Positions 54,617 to 64,000 of a stretch of DNA of 64,000 bases are shown one piece after another. The notes under the pieces are model-generated. The model saw only the letters and a list, made by a program, of their open reading frames with translations, was not told the DNA's origin and did no database searches. A program made the translations under genes and the position numbers. The stretch's first letter is position 1. Every line of letters begins with the position of its first letter. The stretch comes from a virus, in IMG/VR virus record IMGVR_UViG_3300043468_001540, positions 1 through 64,000 of that record, one strand, 5' to 3'.

Positions 54617-55800
54617 CATTAGAAAATTATTCCTTAAACTCAGGTTTAAAATACTCAAAACCAATTATACATGAAGTCTTCTATCCAATTACTGCTAGCA
54701 AGTATATTATAATAGAAACAACGGATAAAAAAGAAGAAGGCATTTCAAAATCAACAATTTGGTCTCAAATTGCTATTGATTTAGACAGCGTGCTAGCTAA
54801 ACAAAATTCTGATATTAAAATACTTTTATTAAGCCCCCAAGGATACGGAATAGATGAAACAAAAAACATTATTTCCTTAAATAGGAAAAGCATCACGTTT
54901 AAGCAGTTAGCATATATTATTAAAAATAGCTTACTATATTGCGGAGAAAAAGATGATTCTATCATGCTCGCTTCTATTTTCGAAAAAAAAATAGTTCAAG
55001 TTTCAAGCTTTGTCAGCAGTTCTAAACCTTTTTGGTCGGATTCTAAAGATTATATTTCAATTGATTCCGAAGATATAAATACACCAATATACCCAGAAAT
55101 TATCACTAACTCTATTCTAGATAAATTAAATCTAAATAAACTTAAAAATCATAAAACAATTTATATAGGTAGCAACTATATTTCTCCAATTATTTTAGAA
55201 AGTACGCCGGATATGGTTTGCACCAATGTTGCGGTTAACATGCCATTACATATTAGATATGATTTCGTAAAATCTTTTTCAGAGGAAGATATAAGAAATA
55301 CTATTTCTAACCTGCAAGGAAGAAAATGCGCAATAATTACCAATAAAAATATTCCGATTGAAAGTTTCTATCCATTAAAAGATAATATTATCTATATAGT
55401 TTACGACGTAACAGAGTCCTTGGATATAGATTTTCTTAAAAAAGCAAATTTTGTTTCTAGTAACATTAAATTAATCTTTTTAAAAAAGAGTCCTCTTGAT
55501 GATCCCATAATAGAAAAAAGAAAATTTGATCTAATAGATACTCATTATATATTAGAAATAATCGATATGTCTAATAAAAAAGTGGCGGATATAGACTTTA
55601 AAAGCAACGCCTCCTACAAAAGCAAAAAAATTCTTTTATCTAAAAATAAAGTTTTTTATAGCAAAGCTGCAATGTTGTCGGGCAAACCAATTCAAAGCGC
55701 ATCAGAAAATGTGTATCAAAAAATTTCAGAAATAAGCCCAAAATACCGAGACGATTTCTTAAAAGAAGAAATAGATTTCTGTTATTTATCATTGACATAA
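54610..55800 (+). CDS. Degenerate GT9-like / hypothetical protein
   Basis: QLAYIIKNSLLYCG.....LAS.F.KK.V resembles GT9. Confidence 0.5.
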   Translation: MLTLENYSLNSGLKYSKPIIHEVFYPITASKYIIIETTDKKEEGISKSTIWSQIAIDLDSVLAKQNSDIKILLLSPQGYGIDETKNIISLNRKSITFKQLAYIIKNSLLYCGEKDDSIMLASIFEKKIVQVSSFVSSSKPFWSDSKDYISIDSEDINTPIYPEIITNSILDKLNLNKLKNHKTIYIGSNYISPIILESTPDMVCTNVAVNMPLHIRYDFVKSFSEEDIRNTISNLQGRKCAIITNKNIPIESFYPLKDNIIYIVYDVTESLDIDFLKKANFVSSNIKLIFLKKSPLDDPIIEKRKFDLIDTHYILEIIDMSNKKVADIDFKSNASYKSKKILLSKNKVFYSKAAMLSGKPIQSASENVYQKISEISPKYRDDFLKEEIDFCYLSLT

Positions 55801-55820
55801 TTTTCATATTATATCAATAT
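55792..55820 (+). promoter_or_regulatory. Sigma70-like promoter
   Basis: TTGACA-N17-CAATAT, 8 nt upstream of ATG 55829. Confidence 0.45.
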
Positions 55821-55828
55821 ATGAAGAT

Positions 55829-56602
55829 ATGGAACAAAACGAATTTTTCCAAAAAATATCGAAATGCGCCCGCAATGAGTATGGGTTGATGTCATCTGTT
55901 GAATATATATTAAACGATGACAATACAATTAATTGGCGATCAATGCTTAAAAAAGAGCATCTAGTCCCGAACAGAGATGCCTTTAAAGATAAATCTAATC
56001 TAAAAAATATAGACGTCTCTACACTTCCAGACAATCAATTATTAATTTTGCTCGCCGGAATTAAAGAACTAGCTCAAATCCGTGGCTTTAATAATGTTAA
56101 ATATAAAGTAATACAGGCCAGTCCAGAGTATGTAGCTGTAAAATGCACTATTAACTGGATTCCTAATTTTGAAACGAATAATCAGCCAGTATCATTCTCT
56201 GCCCTTGCGGACGCACATCTAGACAATACAAAAGATTTTGCTAAAAATTTTTTAATGGCAATTGCAGAAAACAGGGCTTTTATTCGGTGTGTTCGAAATT
56301 TTCTAAAAATAAATATTGTTGGAAATGATGAAATAGGAAAAACAACTTCTTCTGTTGAGGCCCTGATAACAGAAAATGAACATCCAAATATGGATATAGC
56401 CCAACCGATTGCTCTATTGAAACAAACAATGGAAAAATATGGTATTTCTTTTGATCAAATAAAAGAAAGGGCTGTTCAGAAAAATATGGATGGGGCTATA
56501 AACTGGTCAAGTATAGAAGACATGACACCATTGGCAATGTTTACAGTTATTAGTGGGATAAAAAAACGGGCAAAATCTAAGTCACAGGTGGAGGAAAAAT
56601 AG
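55829..56602 (+). CDS. Putative Rad52/Sak-like single-strand annealing protein
   Basis: L.GIKELA, AVKC.I, ADA, AIAENRAF.RCVR..L.I...G.DEI. Confidence 0.55.
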   Translation: MEQNEFFQKISKCARNEYGLMSSVEYILNDDNTINWRSMLKKEHLVPNRDAFKDKSNLKNIDVSTLPDNQLLILLAGIKELAQIRGFNNVKYKVIQASPEYVAVKCTINWIPNFETNNQPVSFSALADAHLDNTKDFAKNFLMAIAENRAFIRCVRNFLKINIVGNDEIGKTTSSVEALITENEHPNMDIAQPIALLKQTMEKYGISFDQIKERAVQKNMDGAINWSSIEDMTPLAMFTVISGIKKRAKSKSQVEEK

Positions 56603-58508
56603 TTTTCTCAGAAAAATCCGCCTCTAACCATCCATTAACACGAAGTTTAAAATCATCTAAATTCCAATTAGCGTTTACGGTTCCGTCTATACAAACACGT
56701 TCGGAGCCAGAACTAGAGGATGAACTACGATTATAGACAGCTTTTAAAGATTGAACTTCAAAGCGAAGGCACTCAAAAGTAAGTTTTTCTTCACCAGCGT
56801 CCGTTTTTATAAATAAAGGTAGTTCTATTTTTTTTAGTTTTTTTTCTTTTTCATCTTCTAGTTCGTTATCTACTATATCATTTATATCCACGGTTGATAA
56901 TAGTACGCCCCTATCAATTAATAATGAAGCCTGATCTTTTGTAGCCCCATCTACTTTATACTTTAAAGGAAACTCCTCATAAAATTTTTTACCATCTTTA
57001 CTTTTCAGAGCGGCCGCCTCAAAATCTCCGGCATTCCAAACGGCCTGATTAAGATAACTACGAACTTCAGACTCAATATCTACATAAAATATATATTCTT
57101 TTGTACTTTCTATATAAAGTGGGGTAGATAGAGAGTAAATTAAAATATAGCCCGTTGCATCACTCATAGCATTACCTAAATTTGACTGATCGGTTTTAAT
57201 AGTAGCCTCTCCTAAGTTTTTAGATTTAAACTCTCTATTTGATGTTAAAAAGTTTTCATTTTTTTCATCAACGGGTGGCCTGTCTTTTATTTGATAAGCA
57301 AATCTAACTAACTTACTATTTTGAAATGTGCTCCTTTCATATAAAGGAGTTAAAATGGGATCATTTATAAGAGTTGAATTTAATGGAAAGTTAATATTAG
57401 TTTTTGTTTGATCTGGACTGCTATCCCCGCCTTGGAATAATTTTTTAAATTCTTTTTCATCAAACTTCCACTCATCTTTATAAATAATTAAAGAATTTAC
57501 GTGCAGCGTTTCATTCTTACCAAGAACAGAACTTGATGAACTCCCCGGATCTCCTACTGAACCGTAAAACATATTCATGCTAGTCGGCGAAATTCTATTC
57601 TTTAGGTTTGATTCATCAAAAATTTTACCAGTATCAATCTTAAGACTTCCAGTTATTTTTTTTGAGTGTTTTCTTTGGCACTCATATCCAGTTGAAACGA
57701 CTCCAGCCAAACGCCCAGTATCAGGATTTGTTTTTTTATATTTTGGAGGACAACAGCACAATGCATCAGAATAGTCATTATCGGGGCGACTACAAGCCGG
57801 TACAAAACTCACTCCTTGAGCGACACTAACATTTGCTATGATGGTGTCTGATTCAGTATCTTTTACCTCCATCGATGTTACGGTACTATGAGGATCATCT
57901 ATTTTAGCAGTAATTTCAACTTCTATCTCTTCATCTATTAAAGCCTTTTCTACTTGAGCTTTTGAAAGATTAAAAGGACCAGAAGACCTACTTCCACAGT
58001 CTGATGCATTATTTAAATTTATTGTTCCTAATTGGTTACCACCAGCAGAAAAAGAAAATATAGCTCTATCACAACAATGACCGCCACTTTCTTTTTTATA
58101 TTCAGCAAAAAAACTTACTGGGGTTGGAATACAGCAAGTTCTTGATATTGGCCCTTTAGTGTCTCCCTGTATTGTAAAATTAAAATTATGATCGAATCCA
58201 TGGCTTTTTATTAAGTTGTGAAATAAACAGCGAAACTTACCCAAATCTTGCAATTTTACAATTACATAATTTTTTAAAGCATTTTTCTTTGATGTCTCGC
58301 TTTCGTCAGGATAAACAACCTCTCTTGTTTCCTCTTTCTTTTCGAATTTAACAAATCCATTTCCAGTATTTTCTTTTGTTTTCGGTACGCAGTTAATAAT
58401 AGGCCAATCTGCATATAAATATTTTGGAGTACCACCTTCAAATTCTGGTTTTAAATAGTCAAAAAGATAAAATCCATGAAAAAGATGGTTTACTATTGTT
58501 GCTGCCAT
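56577..58508 (-). CDS. Putative virion/tail-associated protein with Cys-rich insert
   Basis: GGHCCDRA module, Cys clusters, poly-Ser patches. Confidence 0.55.
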   Translation of the reverse strand: MAATIVNHLFHGFYLFDYLKPEFEGGTPKYLYADWPIINCVPKTKENTGNGFVKFEKKEETREVVYPDESETSKKNALKNYVIVKLQDLGKFRCLFHNLIKSHGFDHNFNFTIQGDTKGPISRTCCIPTPVSFFAEYKKESGGHCCDRAIFSFSAGGNQLGTINLNNASDCGSRSSGPFNLSKAQVEKALIDEEIEVEITAKIDDPHSTVTSMEVKDTESDTIIANVSVAQGVSFVPACSRPDNDYSDALCCCPPKYKKTNPDTGRLAGVVSTGYECQRKHSKKITGSLKIDTGKIFDESNLKNRISPTSMNMFYGSVGDPGSSSSSVLGKNETLHVNSLIIYKDEWKFDEKEFKKLFQGGDSSPDQTKTNINFPLNSTLINDPILTPLYERSTFQNSKLVRFAYQIKDRPPVDEKNENFLTSNREFKSKNLGEATIKTDQSNLGNAMSDATGYILIYSLSTPLYIESTKEYIFYVDIESEVRSYLNQAVWNAGDFEAAALKSKDGKKFYEEFPLKYKVDGATKDQASLLIDRGVLLSTVDINDIVDNELEDEKEKKLKKIELPLFIKTDAGEEKLTFECLRFEVQSLKAVYNRSSSSSSGSERVCIDGTVNANWNLDDFKLRVNGWLEADFSEKTIFPPPVT

Positions 58509-58513
58509 AATAA

Positions 58514-59056
58514 TCAGTTATTTTTGCCGCCACAAATTGGTACTGGGTATACAACAGGAATTCCATTAAACACCATATTTGCCATTATTAGATGGGATGA
58601 AACTAATTGATGTACGTAGGCGGTTTTAATACCATCAGAAGGAAGTCCGGCTTTTTGTTCCGTGTCAAAAATAATACCTCCAATAATAACCCTAGCTTCA
58701 CTTTGTTTTAGAGTATTTTCATTTACAAATTTAATAGGAGCAAGAGAATCTTCATTTTCATCTTTAATCCACTCAATATTGGCCTTTACAGCACGATAAT
58801 CATTTATAGTAACTTTTAATACTGCGTATGCGGATTTTTGATCCAAACTGGCAGTGGCAAAACTAGTCTGAACATCCAACCCAGAAATTGCTAATTTTTT
58901 GTATTTTAAAAGAGCCCCGGATTGTTCCATTCCCACATACAAAGATGAGTGATAAGATATAGCCGCTTTAATATTAACATTATCTGGTCTTTCAAAATGT
59001 ATTTGAAATGGGTGTGAAGCGAAAGAAACGGTTGGGGTAAGTTTTTTTAATAACAT
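58514..59056 (-). CDS. Putative tail-associated protein
   Basis: HPFQI N-terminus and Q.V...L.M.NMV.NG.PVVYP C-terminus. Confidence 0.5.
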   Translation of the reverse strand: MLLKKLTPTVSFASHPFQIHFERPDNVNIKAAISYHSSLYVGMEQSGALLKYKKLAISGLDVQTSFATASLDQKSAYAVLKVTINDYRAVKANIEWIKDENEDSLAPIKFVNENTLKQSEARVIIGGIIFDTEQKAGLPSDGIKTAYVHQLVSSHLIMANMVFNGIPVVYPVPICGGKNN

Positions 59057-59063
59057 AATATTA

Positions 59064-62000
59064 TTATAAAATTATTCGACCCGAATATAAAAAATCACTA
59101 CCCCTAATTGTATACTCTGAAATATCCGTATTTGAGTATGTGTATTTATTTCTATTTATTAAAAACTTAACTCCAGTAAAACTAGGCGTCTGCCCACTTT
59201 TAACAATACCATTTCCAGAATAGATACCTAAAGACGAAATAAAAGGTACATTAGAGCCGCTAAATTCTCCTGCTAGATCAGAGGAAAAGTCTCCAGTTAT
59301 TATTGTATAATTTTTACTAAAATTATTATTCCAAACAATCCCACTACCAATTCCAACATATGGAGATATATTATTATTATAATAGTAAGTTCCGGAGTTT
59401 TCTTTTGTTATTCTAGAATAGTACTCATAGAAGAAGCCAGTATAAGGAGCTGTTCTTTTTTCTCTTAAGGTCTCGCCTCCTGTAAAATATTTGTTTGGTA
59501 TTCTTATACCAAATAAATCTTGAGTATCTCTTGATACGCTAAAATCATTAGCTTCTTCACCGCTAGAAGACATGCTAAATAAATTTAAAGTATTTCCATT
59601 TGTAACATAGCCAGTAATGCCAACCAATGGAGCCCCACTTAATAAAAACTTATTTAAGTCTCTAAACCAATATGGCTCAGTATCAGCTTCTTGCTGGGTA
59701 TCCTTATAAATAAAAGCGGTCTCATTTAAATATAAAATATCACCATCAATTAATCTTCCCGTATCAACAAATATTTTATTTGAAGACTGTTTATACCCAG
59801 TAATAAAATCAAAATAAATATTATTAGGAACGCCAGTTCCGGTAACCTCTACTCCAGCCCAGGAAAAAGTGCTTCTCGAACCACGGATTTGGCCAGTAAG
59901 CTTGCCTGTTTCATATGATACTAAATTAAAATATCCAGATGGATTATTTATAATACCAGTAAAAATTGTACCACTTGGCGGATTTGCTGAAATTGGCCCG
60001 AAGCCAGTAATTCCAGATAAATTATTTGTAAAAATAAAGTTATCAAAATCATATGTAAAATTTGCCTGCTTAACTCTAGAGATCACTGCGTCTATAGATT
60101 CTCCAGCAGATACATATAAAGTTCTCAATTCTCCAGTTAATATACTAGAGGATGGTCCAATTAATATATTAATAATAGAGGGAGGTCCTTTATATTTATT
60201 TGTACAGTAATACGGATCAATAACACAAGTCCAAAAGCCAGTTTGAGTAGGTTTTCCAATAATACAATTATAAGTACTTAAAGACAAGCCCGGAGGCAAA
60301 TTATATCCAGCTCTGACTTCAAAAGATGTTGGCACAATTCCAGGGTTAACATACAAATTAGTGCCCGGTGAAAGAGAAAAAATTTCTCCATTTGTAATTT
60401 TATCTTCTAAAGAAATTCCGCTATAGGTAAACATTTCCTGACCAACTGTCCCAAATAAAATTTGGTTTGAAGCCGCGCGACTAATCTTAGAAATATTATC
60501 ATTACATCCTATATAATAAGTAGATAGATCTTTATCAAATAAAGTTCCAATCGCTTTAACTGGATTATTATATGATATTGCTGTCGGAGTTATTATTATT
60601 CCGCTATAAAAATTTGGAAAAAGTGAAGATGAAATGCCAAATCCAGTAATGTAATTACGGCTTAAATTTTGATAATCTCCATATCTATCATTAATATAAA
60701 TTTTATTACCCAAAAATTTATTTTCTATATTTGAAATATTCGTGGATACTTCTGTATTAGTAGAAGTAAATATATTAGTATTGCTTTGAATCGCCCCATT
60801 CGAAACTGCTATTCCATGTTTTCCATTTTTAGTATACCTTAAACCGTATAAATTCGTATCTATATGAATAGTAGAATATTTATCTAAACTACTAAATAAT
60901 AATCCGGAAAAATTTTCAAACAAAGAGTCTTGACGTTGCAAATATTCAAAAATAGGCATTCGAATTTCTCTCTTTTCCACAAAAGAGTCTCTTTCATAAA
61001 ATCCGGACTTCAATACAGCGCTGCAACCTATAATGTCATAAGCATTATTTAATAAATTACTTTCAGTAGAACCACTTAAATTAGAACTCGTATAAGAATA
61101 GCATTTTGCGTCAATTAATTCATTTTCCACAAATGCCCCTCTATTGTATTCTATATCAAGTTCCCATCTTAAAATAGGTGCAAAAGTTTGCCCCCGATCA
61201 TGACTTATATACGGGATTCCATATCTAGGTCCTTTTTCATTTACCAATAAAGAATTAAAATTATTATTAAACCTATCACCTCCATTTGTATTTTTTAAAA
61301 GGTAAGAAATATGGTTACCATCATTTGAAACTGTTAGATATTCTATTTTACCAATAGGCGAAGACTCTAACCATGTAGATCCTGAGTTATAACTTGTTAG
61401 AACAGAGCGAAGGTCGTCTTTATTGCTTAAATGATTTATTATAAGTCCTAATGGTTTTGATGAAATTTGTTGATTATAAAAAGGCTCCTCTAGGGCAACT
61501 AAAACAGAAGAGTTTTGATTTGCTTTTAAATATTTTAATTTTCTAGATCCAGTTGGGAAAAATCTTAATTCTGGATCTTTATTGCAGTATTTTTGAGTAT
61601 TTTGTATAGTTTTATATGTCCAAGTTGACCCGGAATTTGTACTATGAAAATAGCCATTTGAAAATCTATTTTCGTACTCATATATATTTCCTCCGCTTAT
61701 GGTATAATCGTTTGGAAATATATTTTCGACTGTAAGATATAGTGTTTTGGGAGTCCCGGCCCCATTAGTATAATCAGAGAAACCAATAGAATTGATTTGT
61801 TGATTACTATATCCACTCAAAAGAGAGCCATACTTTATAAAATTTGCGGATGGTACCTCGCTTGTAATCGCAGAATAAAAAGTACTATTATACCCAGGGG
61901 TTATTTTCTCTCCCGTTCCGCTGTAAGTTATATCCACAATAAGTCCAGATTTTAACCAAGTTACACCATAATCCTTACTAGCATACAATGCCGTACCAGC

Positions 62001-64000
62001 ACCTTGAACTTTTTCTATGTTATAAGATATAGAATTTTTATAAAAGTTTTCTCCAAATGGTAATAATTGGACTTTACCTATTAGAGAAAAATCTGGGCGA
62101 TTATATTTATCCTCTGAATTAATCTTATTAAATTTTGCGGCAAAGTAATTATTTCCAATAAAAAGCTGAGATTGTCCATCTGATGTTATATCTGCGTCTC
62201 TAATAGAAAGTCCTCTGGGCCCACCACATTCAATGTAAGATACTGACCAAGAGGCCCCGTAATTAGTTGACCTGTAATATGGACTAAAGAATCGCGTCTT
62301 ATATAATTTTAAAGATGAATCCGGCTGGGTAATTAAATCGACACCACTAGCAATAATACTATCGGAAAATACTGTTTGATATTGACCATTTTCACTTATA
62401 ATTATTCTAGATAAGTTAGAAGGGTATAATCCAGTTTGGCCGTTAGTTAAAACATTAAAAGAAGTATTTTCTATATTAAATAGACCAGTTAAATTAGGCG
62501 GGCGGAAAGTAGACCAAGTAAGCCCAGAGTTTTGAGACGATACTATCAGCCCGTAAGGATTAGATTCTTTCGTATAAATATAATAATTTTTTATGTCAAA
62601 TATATTACCAGATACTTCTGAACTATATTCAATAATAGATTGAAAATCATTTTTAAATATACCAGAGAAAGATCCAGAATTAAGTATATAAGTTATATAT
62701 CTTCCGTCAGTCCCTCCTATAGCAATATCTCTCATTGTTGGGTAATTATTCAACAATCCTGACCAACTATAAGTTCCAGCAATAAGAGCTGGAGACACTA
62801 AAGTTGGGATTGTAGCCGCTGGAGTAGTAGGAAAAGAATTTGATAAAAACACCCTTCCCTGGTCTAAAACTAATGTTCTTGCTCCATCAGAAGAAAGAAG
62901 AACCCTAGAGTTCCAGTTATCAATATCTAAGAGTTCTGGTATATATTCAGTTTCTGGAAAATTAAAATAAGAAATTAATTCTTTAGAAGAATCATAGCTT
63001 ATATTTCCAATTACTCTTTGAGATAAATAATTATTGTGACGCCGAAAACCAGAAAAATTTAAAGTTTCCATTTCCTGCATTTGCCATGAAAGTCCAGAAT
63101 TAGAACTCGAAAAATATAGTAGATTACTATCTGGCTGCACCCCGGATTTATAATTTGCATATTGAGCGTAAGTTAAAGCAGCTCCATATCGATAAGAGCC
63201 ATCAGCAGATAAATATTTTGTTGAGTTCGGTCGGCCTATAATCCGAAGTTCCTTAAGGTCATTGCTACAAGAAACTGAAAAACAGAATAGACCTGATGGT
63301 AAAGATCTTATTCCAGACCAAGTTTGACCGTAATTTGTACTTACGTAAATATCTGGATTTAAGGTATCTGTAGTTACAATATTTGATAACCAGTCCCTGC
63401 CTAAAGAAGCCGGATCGGAAGCTCTATATGCAATTTCATCTATTCCGCTACTATTAATAAATCCTTGACCAGCAACAACTTGATATTGGCCATTAGATGA
63501 CATATCGCAGCATATTGGCAGAAAAGTTCTTCTCAAGCGTCCAGTTTCATATGTAAGTGTTAAAGGGTTTGCAAATTGATCTCCTTCATTCGAGGGGTTC
63601 GGTACTTGCTCTGAATAGTTAATCATTCCAATTTCAGAATCTACAAAATCTGGATTTAATTTTGAACTTGAATTCGATCCAAAATTATTATTCACCAAAA
63701 CTCCATGAACCGGAGAAGCTATTAATTGATACTGGCCATTAGAAGATAAGGAACACTGCTTTCGCCCAAAATAAGAAAATTTATCACTAGATACCCCGGC
63801 AATAGGGCCTTCTGAAGAAAAACATACCGATTTATAGTAATCATAATTTGTATTTAAATAATACTCTCTCAATGGGGCGTCATAAGAAATTTCCCAAGCA
63901 TGTCCTGTATTTGTAGATAATAAAATATTATTTTTAAAAATAGGTTTAGAGTTATCGCTAATTTCAACGTATTCTTCAATATAAGTATCCGAGCCGATGA
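59064..64000 (-). CDS. Large Asp-box (BNR) beta-propeller protein, putative tail fibre/baseplate; truncated at the window end
   Basis: Many SxNxGxTW Asp-boxes and an Ig-like LPPGLSL..I.G.PT module. The frame stays open beyond TTG 63872 to the window edge (..LLSTNTGHAWEISYDAPL), so the track start is not the real start. Confidence 0.8.
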   Translation of the reverse strand, partial: IGSDTYIEEYVEISDNSKPIFKNNILLSTNTGHAWEISYDAPLREYYLNTNYDYYKSVCFSSEGPIAGVSSDKFSYFGRKQCSLSSNGQYQLIASPVHGVLVNNNFGSNSSSKLNPDFVDSEIGMINYSEQVPNPSNEGDQFANPLTLTYETGRLRRTFLPICCDMSSNGQYQVVAGQGFINSSGIDEIAYRASDPASLGRDWLSNIVTTDTLNPDIYVSTNYGQTWSGIRSLPSGLFCFSVSCSNDLKELRIIGRPNSTKYLSADGSYRYGAALTYAQYANYKSGVQPDSNLLYFSSSNSGLSWQMQEMETLNFSGFRRHNNYLSQRVIGNISYDSSKELISYFNFPETEYIPELLDIDNWNSRVLLSSDGARTLVLDQGRVFLSNSFPTTPAATIPTLVSPALIAGTYSWSGLLNNYPTMRDIAIGGTDGRYITYILNSGSFSGIFKNDFQSIIEYSSEVSGNIFDIKNYYIYTKESNPYGLIVSSQNSGLTWSTFRPPNLTGLFNIENTSFNVLTNGQTGLYPSNLSRIIISENGQYQTVFSDSIIASGVDLITQPDSSLKLYKTRFFSPYYRSTNYGASWSVSYIECGGPRGLSIRDADITSDGQSQLFIGNNYFAAKFNKINSEDKYNRPDFSLIGKVQLLPFGENFYKNSISYNIEKVQGAGTALYASKDYGVTWLKSGLIVDITYSGTGEKITPGYNSTFYSAITSEVPSANFIKYGSLLSGYSNQQINSIGFSDYTNGAGTPKTLYLTVENIFPNDYTISGGNIYEYENRFSNGYFHSTNSGSTWTYKTIQNTQKYCNKDPELRFFPTGSRKLKYLKANQNSSVLVALEEPFYNQQISSKPLGLIINHLSNKDDLRSVLTSYNSGSTWLESSPIGKIEYLTVSNDGNHISYLLKNTNGGDRFNNNFNSLLVNEKGPRYGIPYISHDRGQTFAPILRWELDIEYNRGAFVENELIDAKCYSYTSSNLSGSTESNLLNNAYDIIGCSAVLKSGFYERDSFVEKREIRMPIFEYLQRQDSLFENFSGLLFSSLDKYSTIHIDTNLYGLRYTKNGKHGIAVSNGAIQSNTNIFTSTNTEVSTNISNIENKFLGNKIYINDRYGDYQNLSRNYITGFGISSSLFPNFYSGIIITPTAISYNNPVKAIGTLFDKDLSTYYIGCNDNISKISRAASNQILFGTVGQEMFTYSGISLEDKITNGEIFSLSPGTNLYVNPGIVPTSFEVRAGYNLPPGLSLSTYNCIIGKPTQTGFWTCVIDPYYCTNKYKGPPSIINILIGPSSSILTGELRTLYVSAGESIDAVISRVKQANFTYDFDNFIFTNNLSGITGFGPISANPPSGTIFTGIINNPSGYFNLVSYETGKLTGQIRGSRSTFSWAGVEVTGTGVPNNIYFDFITGYKQSSNKIFVDTGRLIDGDILYLNETAFIYKDTQQEADTEPYWFRDLNKFLLSGAPLVGITGYVTNGNTLNLFSMSSSGEEANDFSVSRDTQDLFGIRIPNKYFTGGETLREKRTAPYTGFFYEYYSRITKENSGTYYYNNNISPYVGIGSGIVWNNNFSKNYTIITGDFSSDLAGEFSGSNVPFISSLGIYSGNGIVKSGQTPSFTGVKFLINRNKYTYSNTDISEYTIRGSDFLYSGRIIL

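Noticed and set aside
1-64000. Stop-codon reassignment
   Set aside because: Conserved genes are full length in the standard code, and TAA, TAG and TGA all end genes
1-64000. tRNA or rRNA genes
   Set aside because: Intergenic gaps are short and AT-rich and I saw no cloverleaf or T-loop signature; tRNAscan-SE would confirm

Overview
AT-rich, gene-dense 64 kb segment of a large tailed dsDNA bacteriophage genome. I found no rRNA, tRNA, CRISPR array, integrase or transposase by eye. Layout: (1) 1-10.6 kb, minus strand: small accessory genes, a 2OG-Fe(II) oxygenase, a T4 Rnl1-like RNA ligase, an HNH nuclease, a metallophosphoesterase and ThyX. (2) 10.6-18.4 kb, plus strand, probably late genes: a TM+GAF holin-like gene and a 1330-aa protein with about 30 C-x6-C (WCAANPVPC) modules separated by poly-Ser linkers, flanked by two paralogous ~185-aa genes. 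(3) A MoxR-like AAA+ and vWA-metallopeptidase pair. (4) A replication block: a family-C DNA polymerase split into three genes (degenerate PHP, DEDDh exonuclease, catalytic core), plus DnaG, DnaB, RecA, a PD-(D/E)XK nuclease, dCMP deaminase, a dNMP-kinase-like protein and a class Id-like RNR. (5) Interleaved with it, about 16 glycan genes (Gmd, GT11, GT6, SDR epimerase, three FkbM, GT2/GT-A, GT25-GT61, pyruvyl- and sulfotransferase-like, GT-B), whose core resembles an ABO(A)-like antigen pathway. (6) A sigma-like factor next to a multi-hairpin divergent intergenic region. (7) Putative tail genes, including an Asp-box protein truncated at the window end. The leading hypothesis is a phage-encoded glycosylation system that decorates Ser-rich virion proteins. 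All functional calls come from motif recognition; no database searches were run.
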